DNA of 64,000 bases. Origin: Hormiphora californensis. Taxonomy: Eukaryota; Animalia; Ctenophora. Each line of letters opens with the position of its first letter. Within the stretch, counting starts at the first letter, position 1. The stretch covers positions 6,076,001-6,140,000 of the forward strand of contig CM035358.1 of the NCBI GenBank assembly GCA_020137815.1, read 5' to 3'. The position numbers and the translations under genes were made by a program. Below the pieces are notes generated by a model. That model did no database searches and was not told the origin of the DNA. It saw only the letters and a program-made list of their open reading frames with translations. Below, in pieces: positions 26,501 to 40,700 of the stretch.

Positions 26501-27350
26501 AATTAATGTACTGTTTTTTAATTCCACGATGATTTTAGGAGGATGGAGGAACTCTGGCTTCCGAAGTAGCCTAGATGCACGACCCTAGTCAGAATATATT
26601 ATGTATTTTTTTCGATAATACGTATTAAATACGGGCGTGAATACGTATTTAATACGTATTAAATACGTATTATAAGCCTAGAATAAGTAAAGTCAAAATT
26701 TTTTGTCGTCGTAGAAGGTCATCACTGGTCGCATTTGATAGAGCTGAACAAAGCCCCAAAAGGTCAGACCTCGGCCCCAACCCGTTCAAGAGATATAGGG
26801 GGTTTTCTGTTTCCCTCAAAAAATATTTTCCTACCCGTTCCCGCCAAAACCAGTGACGACCTCCTACGACGACAAAAACTTTTGACTTTACTTATTCTAG
26901 GCTTATAATAAGTATTTAATACGTATTAAATACGTATTCACGCCCGTATTTAATACGTATTATCGAAAAAAATACATATTATATTCTGACTAGGGGAGAC
27001 ACTAAAACATGAACCCTGAATTCATAACATGCAAAAGACGTAAGGTAACGTACACTAACCTATTTCCATGGGTTGTTTGGTAGCAAGGCATTCATTAGTA
27101 GGCACACAATAATTCGCCCCTACCTCCGCACCTGTCTTCATCTGAGGGGAGAGAGAGAGAGGGTGAGTAGGAGGGTGAGTAGCGGGGAGATCAGAATGTA
27201 TCATGGGTATGCGTTGTACTAAAGATTCCCCTCTCTCCAGCACGCCCTGAAGCGACCACTACTATAACACTTGTTGAGCACACTCTTTGGGAAGCTGTCA
27301 ATTGCCCAGCACTTGTTTGGCAATCGCAGCTTCACTGTCGCGGTGACAGG

Positions 27351-27440
<90 letters not shown>

Positions 27441-27445
27441 GGAGA

Positions 27446-27534
<89 letters not shown>

Positions 27535-29086
27535 AACAAAGAGCTCAAGCCGCTTTGTTCCAGCTCACTAGCTATATGGCGGTATGTCACAAGATATAGG
27601 GAGAAACACTAGCAGTTTTGTGGGTGAGGTTTACAGTTACAGGCCACGCCAGGCCGAGTAAAGCAACTGCTGCAGTCAACAGTCTTTTTTAATAGAGCAC
27701 GCGCCTATTTGAAAGAGCGCACGCCTATTTGAAAGGATAAACACCAGACACCTATCAAAGGCAGTAAGTGCCGTACAAGTCACTGCAGAAAGGTGAAGAC
27801 ACAGAAAACCTAAAACTCAGCACCTCTCAAATACAGCTCCTGAGTTTTAGGTTTTATTCCTAAAAACTCCTAAGCAAGATGAATTTTAAAAGCCCATTCT
27901 AAGAAGTACTACACTAAAAAACAAGGGCAACTTTTAACAGCAATTATACTGTAAACGAAGGGTTAACTTAACAGTTAACGTATTACATATCGAAGGGGGT
28001 TAACTTACGGTAGCGAATATGGTTGAGCAGTATCCGGAACATGGTTTTAGAATGGAGTTATTCTTCTTGTTCATATGATAACACTTGAGAGCTGAAAGAG
28101 AGAGAATAGGTTGTCATGTTCTAACCCTCCGGCACGCGGTGAAACAGGGTAAAGCAAAGAATAGGTAACTGTTGGAACAACATCTCTATAGCCCCAAGAC
28201 ATATTAAATGGGGCCCTTGGCCTTTATTAATGTACACGGTGTTCATTTTGGATCTTTACAAGCGTTGGGCTTCACCAAGAAAAAAGTTGACAAGATTAGG
28301 TCATGAAACTTCATACTTGGACTATTCTATACCCTCATTCAAGGTTCCCGGTGTTTTCGGAGCTCTAGCACCCCGGGAAGTGTGTTTTTGGCATCAAAAC
28401 TACCAGAAGGAATTTTTTGCTGGTGCTGAGACTTTGCTAAAATGTTTTTTGGGTATTTTCTATGTCAATCCCAAAGTTTTATGATGATTGAATGTGTTTT
28501 TCGATGTCAAAATTTCGAAAAAAGTGGCTGGAAAGGCTCGAAAACGGCTCGAAAACGGCAAAAATTGAGTCTTTCCAGCCACTTTTTTCGAAATTTTGAC
28601 ATCGAAAAACACATTCAATCATCATAAAACTTTGGGATTGACATAGAAAATACCCAAAAAACATTTTAGCAAAGTCTCAGCACCAGCAAAAAATTTCTTC
28701 TGGTAGTTTTGATGCCAAAAACACACTTCCCGGGGTGCTAGAGCTCCGAAAACACCGGGAACCTTGAATGAGGGTATAGAATAGTCCAAGTATAAAGTTT
28801 CATGACCTAATCTTGTCAACTTTTTTCTGGGTGAAGCCCAACGCTTGTAAAGATCCAAAATGAACACCCTGTACAATAACCGCCTGACATATAAGTTTTG
28901 GCCCAAACACCTAGCGAGATAATATCTCGAGATATGGTTCAGAACCAGGACGACAGGGTCGAGCAAGGCAGGTTCAGTTTGATATCGATGCAGTACCTGC
29001 CTTACTCGATCCTTAAACTTTACTAATAATTCAGTACCTGTTCCAACTGAGAGGATGTGGAGTAGTAAGTAACAGAGAACCTTCAT
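20594..29086 (-). CDS. Secreted Ly6/uPAR (three-finger)-like protein with an acidic Thr/Pro-rich tail
   Basis: Phase-consistent exons 29086-29038 (signal peptide MKVLCYLLLHILSVGT), 28091-28009 (ALKCYH...CSGYC), 27141-27060, 26459-26332 (...CRAAICQSNNCN), 25236-25143, 24856-24560, 20751-20594 (…VVTEE*). LKCY at the start and C-x4-CN at the end are LU-domain hallmarks. Confidence 0.75.
20754..22750 (-). repeat. 35-bp minisatellite (about 55 copies) of a polypyrimidine-CTAG acceptor-like unit
   Basis: Minus-strand unit TCTTCCTCTCCACCCTCCCCATTCCTCTAG|CAATC; it abuts the functional ATTCCTCTCAG|CAGTT at 20751. Confidence 0.95.
22751..23581. mobile_element. Non-autonomous TIR element with G10/C10 termini
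   Basis: GGGGGGGGGGCCGGCTGAAG...CTTCAGCCGGCCCCCCCCCC with subterminal GAAGTTTTT repeats; flanking direct repeat AGAGGAA(G) of 7-8 bp. Confidence 0.8.
23793..24520. repeat. 22-bp G-rich minisatellite (about 33 copies)
   Basis: Unit GGGGAGATAAGAGAGGTGGTTT, starting about 40 bp into an intron; explains ORF 23717-24559. Confidence 0.95.
25729..26351 (-). repeat. 35-bp minisatellite (about 18 copies) of exon end plus perfect donor
   Basis: Minus-strand unit AATGACTTACAAGATCATCTAGTCGACTG|GTAAGT; the first copy is the real donor of exon 26459-26332. Confidence 0.95.
26583..26995. mobile_element. MITE with about 150-bp TIRs, CMC/EnSpm-like
   Basis: CCCTAGTCAGAATAT...ATATTCTGACTAGGG, flanked by a 2-bp repeat GA. 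Confidence 0.8.
28235..28871. mobile_element. Palindromic Tc1/mariner-type MITE
   Basis: TA|CACGGTGTTC...GAACACCCTG|TA with arms of about 300 bp; mirror ORFs appear in the track. Confidence 0.85.
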
Positions 29087-29395
29087 CGTATTATATATCT
29101 CACTTGAAATAAGCACGAGCTACAGTGGAAGAAGGGAGAGTTGGTTAGTAATTCTGAAACAGTCTCGACGCGGAAGAAGAGAAATTCGGGGAAATTAAAA
29201 TAGTGCCGACTTGGGGGAGAAGTCTATAGAACATGTTTTAAACAATCCGACCTTTCACCATGGAGACGGATATGAGGGTAAACTGAAAGTAAGTAAGCTG
29301 TGAATAAATGAAACTTGCTGAAAGAATTTATTGTTCAGTTCCGTAAAGCCGGTTACAAAAGTTTCAAATTAAAGTGAGCTCCTACTGTTTTAGAT

Positions 29396-29505
<110 letters not shown>

Positions 29506-30314
29506 GGAAACAGAGAAGGGGAGTTGAATAAACAATCCTAAATATATTCCAAACGGTATCAAGTTGTTTGGAAAGAATGAGTAATGCAGGATCCAGGATT
29601 CAATAACCCATGACTCGGATAGCTATCTGTAATAACATTGGCCTCTAGGATATCCAGGACATCTGACCATGACGTCGACAGTAGCCCTAATCATGTAAGG
29701 ATATCATACCCTTACATAATTAGGGCAACTATCGACGTCGCGTCATGGTCAGACGGGTATATAGGCACATGTAAAAACCTAGAGGCATATATTACAAATC
29801 GCCCAGGTTCTTTTTAGACCGTCTAGTTCTATGTGACTTTGGGGTTCGAGACAAAATCAACAGACTCACAGCAGTGATTTTATGAGACATGGATAGCGAC
29901 AGCGGTAAAAGATATTATTAAGAGATAGCGACCTAGGGGAAAGATAGGATAGAGAGAAATTTAGAGGGAGTCTCAGCCATGAATACCGTTCAAGTTGTAC
30001 TGGGTGGGAAGTGGGAACCCTTCCCTTTGGGTTGGTCAAGGGGGTGCCTTTCCCTATAAATAGTACAGGAGGGGGCATGGTGCACTTGAAGGATAGGGTA
30101 TGGGACAGACTGCAATAGTGGGACAAAGTGATAGGAGACTAAAAAATGCAGACACAGGACACTCGGTGACAGTATTCAAGATATTCAAGATTAGTGGCAC
30201 GATCATTGAAAAAATACGAAATCTCTCCAGGCCCTGATAAATCCTGATAAATGGAGAGTTAAAATGGAGAGTATTAAAATTCGTGGAACATTAACAAATT
30301 CATCTATAATTTCT

Positions 30315-30444
<130 letters not shown>

Positions 30445-30510
30445 CTTCCTAGTCTCTAGATAGTCTGTCGCACATCACTACAAGTGTGACCGCAATCTCG
30501 ATAGTTCAAT

Positions 30511-30558
<48 letters not shown>

Positions 30559-31224
30559 AGGAGGGATCCTAGCCAGGAGTGAGAAAAATACAGATCTATT
30601 TACAGAATGAAGCGGAAAATAACCTCAAGATCTTCAGATAATTCAAATAATTGAGGGCAAATAATTAAAACAATTTGCGGTAATTTGCAGACACTAACGT
30701 GTGCAAGCAGCTGCAGGAGCTGCTAAAATAATTTACTAATCGGTACCTACTGGTGATGAACGTACTTAGGACTTTCAATGTGATTCAAAGAGAATTCCAG
30801 ATTTATAGGAATCAAATAATCAGACAATCACTAAAATCACAAAACACGGCTTTGGGCGGCTCTCTCTCGATCCTACTATTCTCTCGATCCTGTGCGTGCT
30901 GCAGTAAGCAGGGACGTACGGGCCATACCCAAGTGGTCACGGCGGTAAAATATCAACACGCGGGTATATATATGAAAACGAGAGATGGAGAGAAAGAGAG
31001 ATGGAGAGAGAGAGAGAGAGAAAAAAAAGATAGAGAGCTAGCTACTTATCAGTAACTGCTCCCGTGTCCTGCAAAAATCATTAGACAAATAATTAGGAAA
31101 TGCAACACCGAGATTTCGAATATCATTTTATAACTAAATTTTCTGTTAACAGATGATTAAATATACTGCACACACATGAACTAAACAAAAGGACGTTACT
31201 GTTACTAAAACTGTATATTTGACT

Positions 31225-31351
<127 letters not shown>

Positions 31352-33049
31352 GAGAGAGAGAGAGAGTGATAGTCAATAGAGAAGATGATCGTTGATACTG
31401 AATTGTAGGTCTTCTCAACACATCTCTGACAGTAAGTGAGCATGGCCGGAGAGTACTATTTTCCGACCAATCAGATGAGCCCATTCTAGTCACGTGATAA
31501 AGGGGAGAGCCAATGAGAACAGAGATAGCTTTGTCAGGTGGTCAGATAGAGAGAGAGAAAGGTGGTCAACACTGGGGGACATGGATGAGAGAACGGTGGG
31601 TGTGTGATGATAAGGCGAGAAGAGAAAACCTGAAGAAAAACGTCAATTGAAAATAAGAGGATACGGTATGGACTTGGAAGATAAGCCAACAAAATAAAAT
31701 GAGGAGCCAACAAAATAAAATGAGGAGCATTGAAACAGTGAATGATGGAATCACTATAAAATAGTGGTATTTACCACAAGTGCAGCACTAGAATTCAGAT
31801 TGTTATAGTCTAGGATTGCTGCCTAGTTCAGACTACAGACTCACATATATAGTAGGACCTGTAGACTCACATAGCATGTCGCAGAAACCTATAAAATATC
31901 CTAAATTCTGAGAGATCAAGCGGGGGAGTGTCCGGGTGATATATTAAATTTAAAACACGGATTGCACTAAATAATAATGCTAAATAAACGGGAGGGGTTG
32001 TAACAAGTTACAATTGCCTTAGTGCTGAGTGATGATTGAGACAGTCAGAAACACGGTACATCACATTCAGCTGTCAGAGGCTCTAACTACTTAATACAAC
32101 CCGGGTGATGATTCTGAAATCCTATAAAAGCGTGATCAGTTTGAGCTGTTGCATAATAGTATGAACAATACAATGATCAGTATCTTAGCTCTTAAGAAAA
32201 TTAATACTCGATCAGACGCTAATATAGTGATACAGGTCAGCATCGGTGATCAGTATAGATTTACTTTCGACAAAACACAGACATCTACTCAGTGCACAGG
32301 TACCACACGAAAGTATTTGGCATTTGGGTACGCATGGCCACCGCCCACCAACGTGTCCATCCTAACCGCACACCTAACAACATGTTTCTAACAATAAGAT
32401 CTGGGTGGGCCGCCTAAGCGTGATAAAAGTCACTATGGAACATGTCAACGGTAGTAAGGTTTTTAACACGCCAATAATGTGATGACTGTCTAATGAGAAA
32501 GAGAAAAGTGATGGAGAAAAGTTACTGATATCAGACAGAGAGGGGAAGGGAGAGAGCCGCGGAGGGAGAGAGATGGGAAGAGAAAGAAGGGAGAGAGATG
32601 GGGGAAGGAAGAAGGGGGAGGGAGAAAAAAGAAAGAAATGTCTACGTGAAAACTGCTAAGTTCACATCATGTGACATGTCACGTGATCACAGCTAGACCA
32701 TTCCACCATGACTATAATCTCTATCTCTGGCAGTGACACATTATCACTCCAATGACACGTCACGCAATAACCAATAACACAGCGACAAAGATTCACTGGC
32801 ACGTGAAAAAAATGGATCGCGATCGGAATTAAAAAGAAATTTGTACCATGACCCATGGTTGGATTTTCAAAATGAGGAAATAATTTGAATAAAATAGTAT
32901 ATATATGCGATAAGGTTCGGTGAGGTTAATTCTAAATTCAAAATAAAATTCAAGATCGGGTCTGCCCAGAAAATCGCAATCTTGACGAAGAGAGATGATA
33001 GCAATGGAGAGCGAACGGTCAAGAGACGGAAGAGAGAGGGAGAGAGAGG

Positions 33050-33106
<57 letters not shown>

Positions 33107-34292
33107 CGGAAAAGAACGATCAGAGATTGTAGTGTCAGCACTGTCTAGCAATCTCTGCAGTGTGATCGAGTGTCAACAACTACAATCTTGCAGGATTCGC
33201 GATCCTAGAATAGCTCCTGCATAACTGGCCTCTCTCTATCTTTTTCTCTCTCTCCCTCTATATTTTTTCTCTCTCCCCCTCTCTCTCTCCCTCTCTCTCT
33301 CACCCCACAACATGACCCAAACTATATCACAGATGTGGGGGAAGATGACGCGTCACTCGACCTACAGAATAACTATTTACCAACTCACACTACAAACTGC
33401 ACTCACCATGCCATAGAGAAGTGAGATTTCACCACCGTCTGTAGAGATATATCTTCCTCTTATTTTACTCCTTTATCTTCCTTATTTTACTCCTTCATTA
33501 TATAAGTTCCTTGATCACAATACATGAGCCATCTCCAGTGTTCCTGAACAAAGTGGGTTTGTTTAGTTTGTCACCAAACGAGATAAAGGGGCAACAAGAT
33601 CATTGCACCTACCATCTAAATAACATTTGATATAACAAATGAGATCGGACTCCAGCTTGCAGAAAACGTAGCTGCACCAAAGATTCCAAACACTGGAGAT
33701 CTGCCAGAGCATTGGCCTGACAGCTGGAGATCATCCTTGAGAGAGGGCCCAGCAAGATCATCCTTGAGAGAGGGCCGAGCAAGATCATCCTTGAGAGAGG
33801 GCCGAGCAAGATCATCCTATACAAGGTCAAGAATTTCAAAATCAGTTGATAGTTCAGAATAGAATAAGAATATCTAGGGTATTGCTGGAAATAATATAAT
33901 GTATTATTAATTAACATATTCACTGATACATCCATGTATAAGAGGATTAAAAATACGTGAAATAATCATGGTTAGTTTCTCCAGTCACGTCACCGTGTTT
34001 GAGCGTGATGTGCTCAAGTTCGTTGCCACTTGTCAGTGAGTTATTCGATATTGAATTTTAATAATTTTACTTTCTATACGGTTTCATATAAACTACTAAT
34101 ACTTGGTCGGCCTGAAACTGTCCGCGTTACAACTAGTACTGATCGGTACAAAACAACTGGTTTCTCTCCAAAACTCCTATCAATAGTCCGATCATTGGTT
34201 CTACTCCTTTCTGATTGTAGAACTTGTAGGGCGAATAAATCTACTGTCCTATCTTTGTTTATACAACTAGTTTTTGGTTTTGGTTCTCTCCC

Positions 34293-34458
34293 TCAGTCAA
34301 ATGTAAGAGAATCCAGGAAAGATTTGGCTGCCATGCTGTCTTGGGATTGGGAATCATCGAGGCGCAGCAGACTGTTTAGATTGACTCCACCTCCTCCGGG
34401 TGTCACCGCCTGATGGGGTGGAGAGAGATGGAGAGAGATGGAGAGAGAGAGAGAGAGA

Positions 34459-34518
<60 letters not shown>

Positions 34519-34602
34519 GATGGAGATGGGAGAGGAGAGAGAGAGAGAGAGAGGAGAGATGAGAGAAGAGAGGAGAGAGAGAGAAGAGAGAGAGAGCAGA
34601 GA

Positions 34603-34638
<36 letters not shown>

Positions 34639-34656
34639 AAGAGAGAGAGACAGAGA

Positions 34657-34737
<81 letters not shown>

Positions 34738-37700
34738 GAGAGAGAGAGAGAGAGAGAGAGCCCTTACATCATCCCATGTTTTGCAGGACGGAGTAATGAC
34801 ATGTTGACATGTTGTAACAGGTAGTTTTTGCCATGATCGAATGATCATACGAAACATATGGAAATCAACCCACCCCCCCCCCCCCCCTTGAGTTTAGGAT
34901 CATGATATTTGCAACCAAAGACGCATGGAGACACAGACAGACACACATACACACACAGACATAAAAAGAGACAAGCGATGATAAAAAATATTTGTACCGG
35001 CGAAGGTGAGGGAGACCAGCGAACAGCATCCGTTGAATTGTAGCCGTTAGTGTATTCCACATAGTAACCGGGATTACTACTTGTCACCACCCCGACACCC
35101 TGGTGATGGGGGTTTAGGGGTGCCATGGCAACGACAGGTGAGGGTACCATGCCAACCACAGGTGATGGTGTCATGCCAACGACACCTCCTGGTGATGGCA
35201 CCATGGCAACGACACCTCCCGGGGAGGGCACCATTGCCATGGTTACTACAGCGGGTGCTTGGATGGGTGTTGGTAAGATAGGTGTCTCAGAACGGGTATA
35301 AGGTGCCACCTCAATAGTTGATGTTACTCCACCTGCAACGAGAGAGATTAATATCAAAGAGAATATCAGTTTAGAGAGGTTGAATCGGCCAAAAGTTCAC
35401 AAGTTTGGAAGACCCCCCGTTGATATGGCAACGTATTTTCGTTGTCCTATCAACTAAAGCATAAATGTCGCTGATGTCTCATTTTCCAAATATTAAGCTG
35501 GTCAAATATGGTAAAAACCCTTCCCTAACCCACAATAACATACCCAGGTTTCTAGAAACAACAAGTTGTGTGGTATTGGCTGGTGGAACAGGCCGGGGCA
35601 GCAACTTCCTCTGAGAGCCCCTCTTTACACCGGGTCTCTTGGGCAGGGTGAAGGATGGTGCTGATCCAGCTGGTGTCTTAGTTGCCGTAGTGGTGTCAGG
35701 GGCGACGACAGTGAGGAAGCCGTTAATCTTGCTGGGTTGTGGAACTGAACTTGTCTTGTCTCGTCCTACTTGAACCGCTGCATTGGCAGTCTAATGGTGG
35801 TGAGAGAGAGGATTAATCAAGGTAGTATGTAGGCGAGAGAAAGAGAGGATTAACTAGTAACTTCAGGAGGATGAAGTGATTACGACAAGGTTTAGGGCAG
35901 AGGTCTGCACTAGCTAATGAACTACTATATACTATATATATATATACTATACTATATACAAGTAAAACAAGGAAGTTTTAGTTCAACAGTTCCTTGTTTT
36001 ACTTGTAAATAGCTCCTCCTGGTGAGTAGAGCACTATCCGAGGCAAGGACAATCAACTATACTATACTATATATATATACTATACCCAGGACAAGATGAA
36101 TGATATACCTGGGCTTTTCCAACAGAGACATCAGTCTGGCTTTCCGTGGTTTTACTGTTGGGGGGAAGACTCAACCACTTTTCCATTTTCACACTTACAA
36201 ACATGTCACGGAACTTGCCCTGAAATGTTTATTTTAGTTTCTGTTCGACATAGAAGAGAGGTCAATCTGGCAAGAATTCTGTTACCCTTCATACATCTCT
36301 GGATCTTAATGTTCGGATAAGTTCAATAGGGGTCAAGACAACATACACCAACATTTGTGCAGGGTAAGAGAGTGACGAACAAGACAACAACAACCTACCA
36401 GTTTAGCAATACGTTGAAATTCTGAAGTCCCTAGGTTACATAACCTCTTTAAACACAGTGAGTTATGGCTGGAGTTGATACCATCCCTATCCTCACTGTC
36501 TGCCAGCCTCCACTCGTACTCAAGGTGGAAATCTTTCTCAGGAAGAGAGCCACCGAGCTGGGAAAATGATAGAGGGTGTTGTGATAAAGATAGATAGTGC
36601 TGGGATAACGATAGATAGTGTTGTGATAAAGATAGACGATGTTTTTCCTTGGATGATGATGGAGGCTGCTTTTATTGAAGGATTTAATGGTTAGACTTGT
36701 GAAAAAGGTCGAAGTTTGGATCGTTTTGATCAAAACAGTTGTACGGATAAATTACCTTGAAGTAAACGTATCCTATAGTTAGTACATGCGGCGTTTCGGA
36801 GTCCCAATAATCAAGGACCATTAGTTCCTCTCTCTCCGCTACTAGCGCCTCTTCTTCCAGCTCCTATTGTGGTAGGTTGTTAACAGGGGGATGATCCAAA
36901 GAAAAGGGAGGTTGTACAATGTGATCCGGGAATGATAACAAAAAGGGTGGAAAGTGGGCAACCAGAACACTAAGAAATTTCTCGATCTTCCTTCGACCTT
37001 CTTACGGCTTACCTCTTCCCCAAAGAACGGTTTCAATTCTTTCAACTCCTTGTTAGAATAATACGTCGACCACTGAAAGGTGATACCATTAAGTTGAAAT
37101 GGGATGTATAACAAAGAAACACGCCACATGATCTGTGTGTGTGTAAAGAGCATCACATCTCAAATCACAGAGTCTATGTTGATGTTGAGTGCGCGCCAAG
37201 GATCACTCTTGTGTTACCGCGCGTTACAAACATGACCAGGTTTCCCGCGCCACAACACTCCTGTCGGTTGGTTCTAAGTTGTACACTCGCAGGTCGCAGC
37301 AGTGAGGTAACTTTATTAAAAGTGTGTTGGTCTAATAGTGGTAATAGTGGTGGACGGTGGTTTAGAGTAGCTCAGCAGGAAAGGGTTCCATTCTTGTACG
37401 CCATGGTCAGAATAAATTTATGTAGGACTAGCCCAAATTGGGCACCAATTACCAAAACGAATTAGAAAACTGAGATGTATTTCAAAAACCTTGAATCTTT
37501 TCCGTTTTTTGCTGTATTGCCTCCTTGGTCTGTTAGTGATCCCCTCTCCACTCCCCTCTCCTCCTTCATCTTCAGTGCAGTCCCCTCTATCTGGTTCTAC
37601 CTGGTCGATAATCTCCGCAATCTCAGCCTCTGTTACCTCCTCCTGTTCCTGGCACAAAGAGAGGGAAGTTAGAATACACACAGAGAATAAGAGAGGTTGT

Positions 37701-40700
37701 CAATCTACTACTACCGCTCCTGAAAGGGAGCTGTTAAAACGGAAGTACTAAACAAAAGTTAGGATAGGTACACATCTCAAGTATTGTTGGGTTTCAAACA
37801 ACATTACTCTGTCTTCGCAGTGGTTACACTAACTCTCAAACTTGTCCAGACTGGGGGAAGGGGACAATGAAAAGAGGGCAGTCTTGGGACAACGCTTTGG
37901 TGTGGTATGTTGGAGGGAGGGGGGTGGGGGGGGGGGTGGGGGTCAACTATATATACCTCAGGTGGGTCCAGTACATGATGATGTTGTTGTGGTTCCTGAT
38001 GACTCCCTCCTGCTGCTTCCCCTAACTCCCCTCCAGCCATCTCCCCACCGTTTTGAGAAATAGTCCTCTTCTTGCCCTTCCCCCTGGCTGACTTTCCCTC
38101 CTGGTCAGCAGCCTGGATGTCTGCCAGCTTTTGGGATATGAATTGTTTCTTGTATTTTCCAGGGGAGGGGGCTCGCAGGAATAGCTTTAGTTTATCAAAT
38201 ACACTCTAGAAGGGGAGGGCGTTGAAGTATTTGTTTAACATATATACACTTAACTGGGTAGTGGGTAACTAAGAGAGACAACTATTTGGTAAAACTATTG
38301 AGTTATAGGAGTCACTGATCAAGGCTTTTTGGGCAAGAATGACCAACTTTCTAACTTGTAGATGAGATTAGCAGGAAAATTGATTTAGTAAACAATCATC
38401 TCGTGTTCATACCTTTTCACTTGCTGGATCCCATTTCTTCTCCAGTAAACTAATCACATCTGCTACACTCTTTTTAGCGGATATTTTCAACCTAGAGGCA
38501 GGAGGGGGGGGGGAACTCCGTGTTATTTGGTACATGCATGCGGGGGGGGGGGGGTTTCAGGATAAATACCTTTACAATACACCTGCACTACATCATTGGG
38601 CAGAAGAATTGTTCTGTGGAAAATGTTTGTGTACAGCTAGATTTGTACATTTCTAAATTTTATTCACACTATAACCACACTCATAGCATTGATTAGTACA
38701 TGGTACTACAGGGTGTCCCACTGTCTTTGCGTGACCTGTGATTTTGGGTGATGAGTGGGTTCCATTCAAATGCTCATAACTCATCGAAAAATAGGTCAAA
38801 ACGACTCAACCAAAAACAGTGTTGTAGAGAATTGTCAGGCGAACATTTGGGTACAAGATTGATGTTCCAAGTCTTACCAATCTTCAGATATATCGTCTTA
38901 AAGTCAAAAATACGTGTTCATGAAATCCGACCGGGGTTCACGTTTTGAAAAATTCACAAATGCAAAGTTGCTCGGATCACATTGCATCCCTCATAAGAGT
39001 TGTAGGAAATTTTCTGGCGGTCATTTTGGTACCCGGGTTTTTGTCCTAGCTCAATGTTTAGAGTGTCTTATGACTGTCTAAAGACGAAATTCAACCAACA
39101 TTTTTGAGGGGATCACGTGTCATCAACAAATGGGTAAAATGGTTTGAAATTTATAAGAGCTTCATTGGAATCGTCTAAGGTTCATTTTGATACCATGATT
39201 TTTTCCATAGCTCTACGTTTGAGTTGCGTTATGACTGTATGAACATAAAGATTTTTCTCTGCTGAGTCTTAGTTGGTATCGGCTCACAACCCCTAATTAG
39301 GTGGCTCGGTGTCGTGTGTAATCCCATGATAATCAGCACATATCGTCTCAATTTCATCTAGGCACTTGACAGGGTTGTTATGACGATTTGGCAAGGCCCT
39401 GTTAATGTGTACGATACGCAAGTGGTCTATCTCAACCCTATCATGCACTAAGATGTTATTCAAGCAGATATGAGCTTCATAACAGGGCAAAATGCAATGC
39501 GATACCTGATACCACTTTTGTGAAAATTCCAGTTCTGACAGTCATAAGACACTCTAAACATTGAGCTAGGACAAAAACCCGGGTACCAAAATGACCGCCA
39601 GAAAATTTCCTACAACTCTTATGAGGGATGCAATGTGATCCGAGCAACTTTGCATTTGTGAATTTTTCAAAACGTGAACCCCGGTCGGATTTCATGAACA
39701 CGTATTTTTGACTTTAAGACGATATATCTGAAGATTGGTAAGACTTGGAACATCAATCTTGTACCCAAATGTTCGCCTGACAATTCTCTACAACACTGTT
39801 TTTGGTTGAGTCGTTTTGACCTATTTTTCGATGAGTTATGAGCATTTGAATGGAACCCACTCATCACCCAAAATCACAGGTCACGCAAAGACAGTGGGAC
39901 ACCCTGTAGTACATGGTACTGCACTTCTTTAGTTCCCACTACAACAACTAGGGGGACCACGCCAAATTATCCATTTCCTAGGAGCTTCCTATATATTGTA
40001 CTAAGTACTATGTGCTTAGTACACACTACACATCACACGTCGGCACACGTAGTAAAAAGCACACCAGCTGCAGTAGTACAAGTTATATATTCTTGAGGGA
40101 CGGCATATTGAGTCATCAATCTCAACTCATCATACTATGTGACTTTACAGTCTGTATCATCGCACACGCAGCTCCCTCTGGAGAGGGCAGTATTTTGTGA
40201 GACAACCCCGCAGTTCTATATTCACGGTGTTGACCGGAGCCCCATCCTTAGAAACAACATCACGAGAGAGTATAACAGCACAGGGGGGGGGGGAAGAAAA
40301 GGGGGGGGGGCACCTTGTACCCAAAGTGTTTACCTGATACGAGGGTTCTGAGATATATTCTGTATGATGCCCCAGCTCCAGTTGTTAAATGGTAAAATAT
40401 CCACCACTACCTCAGAGGGAACACGACCACTTCTCCAGTAGGTAAAGTACTTGGGTGTCTGGCGACGAACAAAGAAGTTCCGGGACTGAAATCAGAGAAT
40501 TTAGATAAGTACTACTTTTTTTTTCTTTCAAGCTGCTCAACTAACTATAACTTGAATCAAACTTGAACCTTAAATTCACCTACTTCAATTCTAAATAAAT
40601 TTGCTTAATACAATAACTTAGTATGTACTTTAATTCTCAGAAGAGTTGATCCATGAAAGACCAGTTCGTTTATTTTACGGTTTAGTTTGTCGGGCAACCA

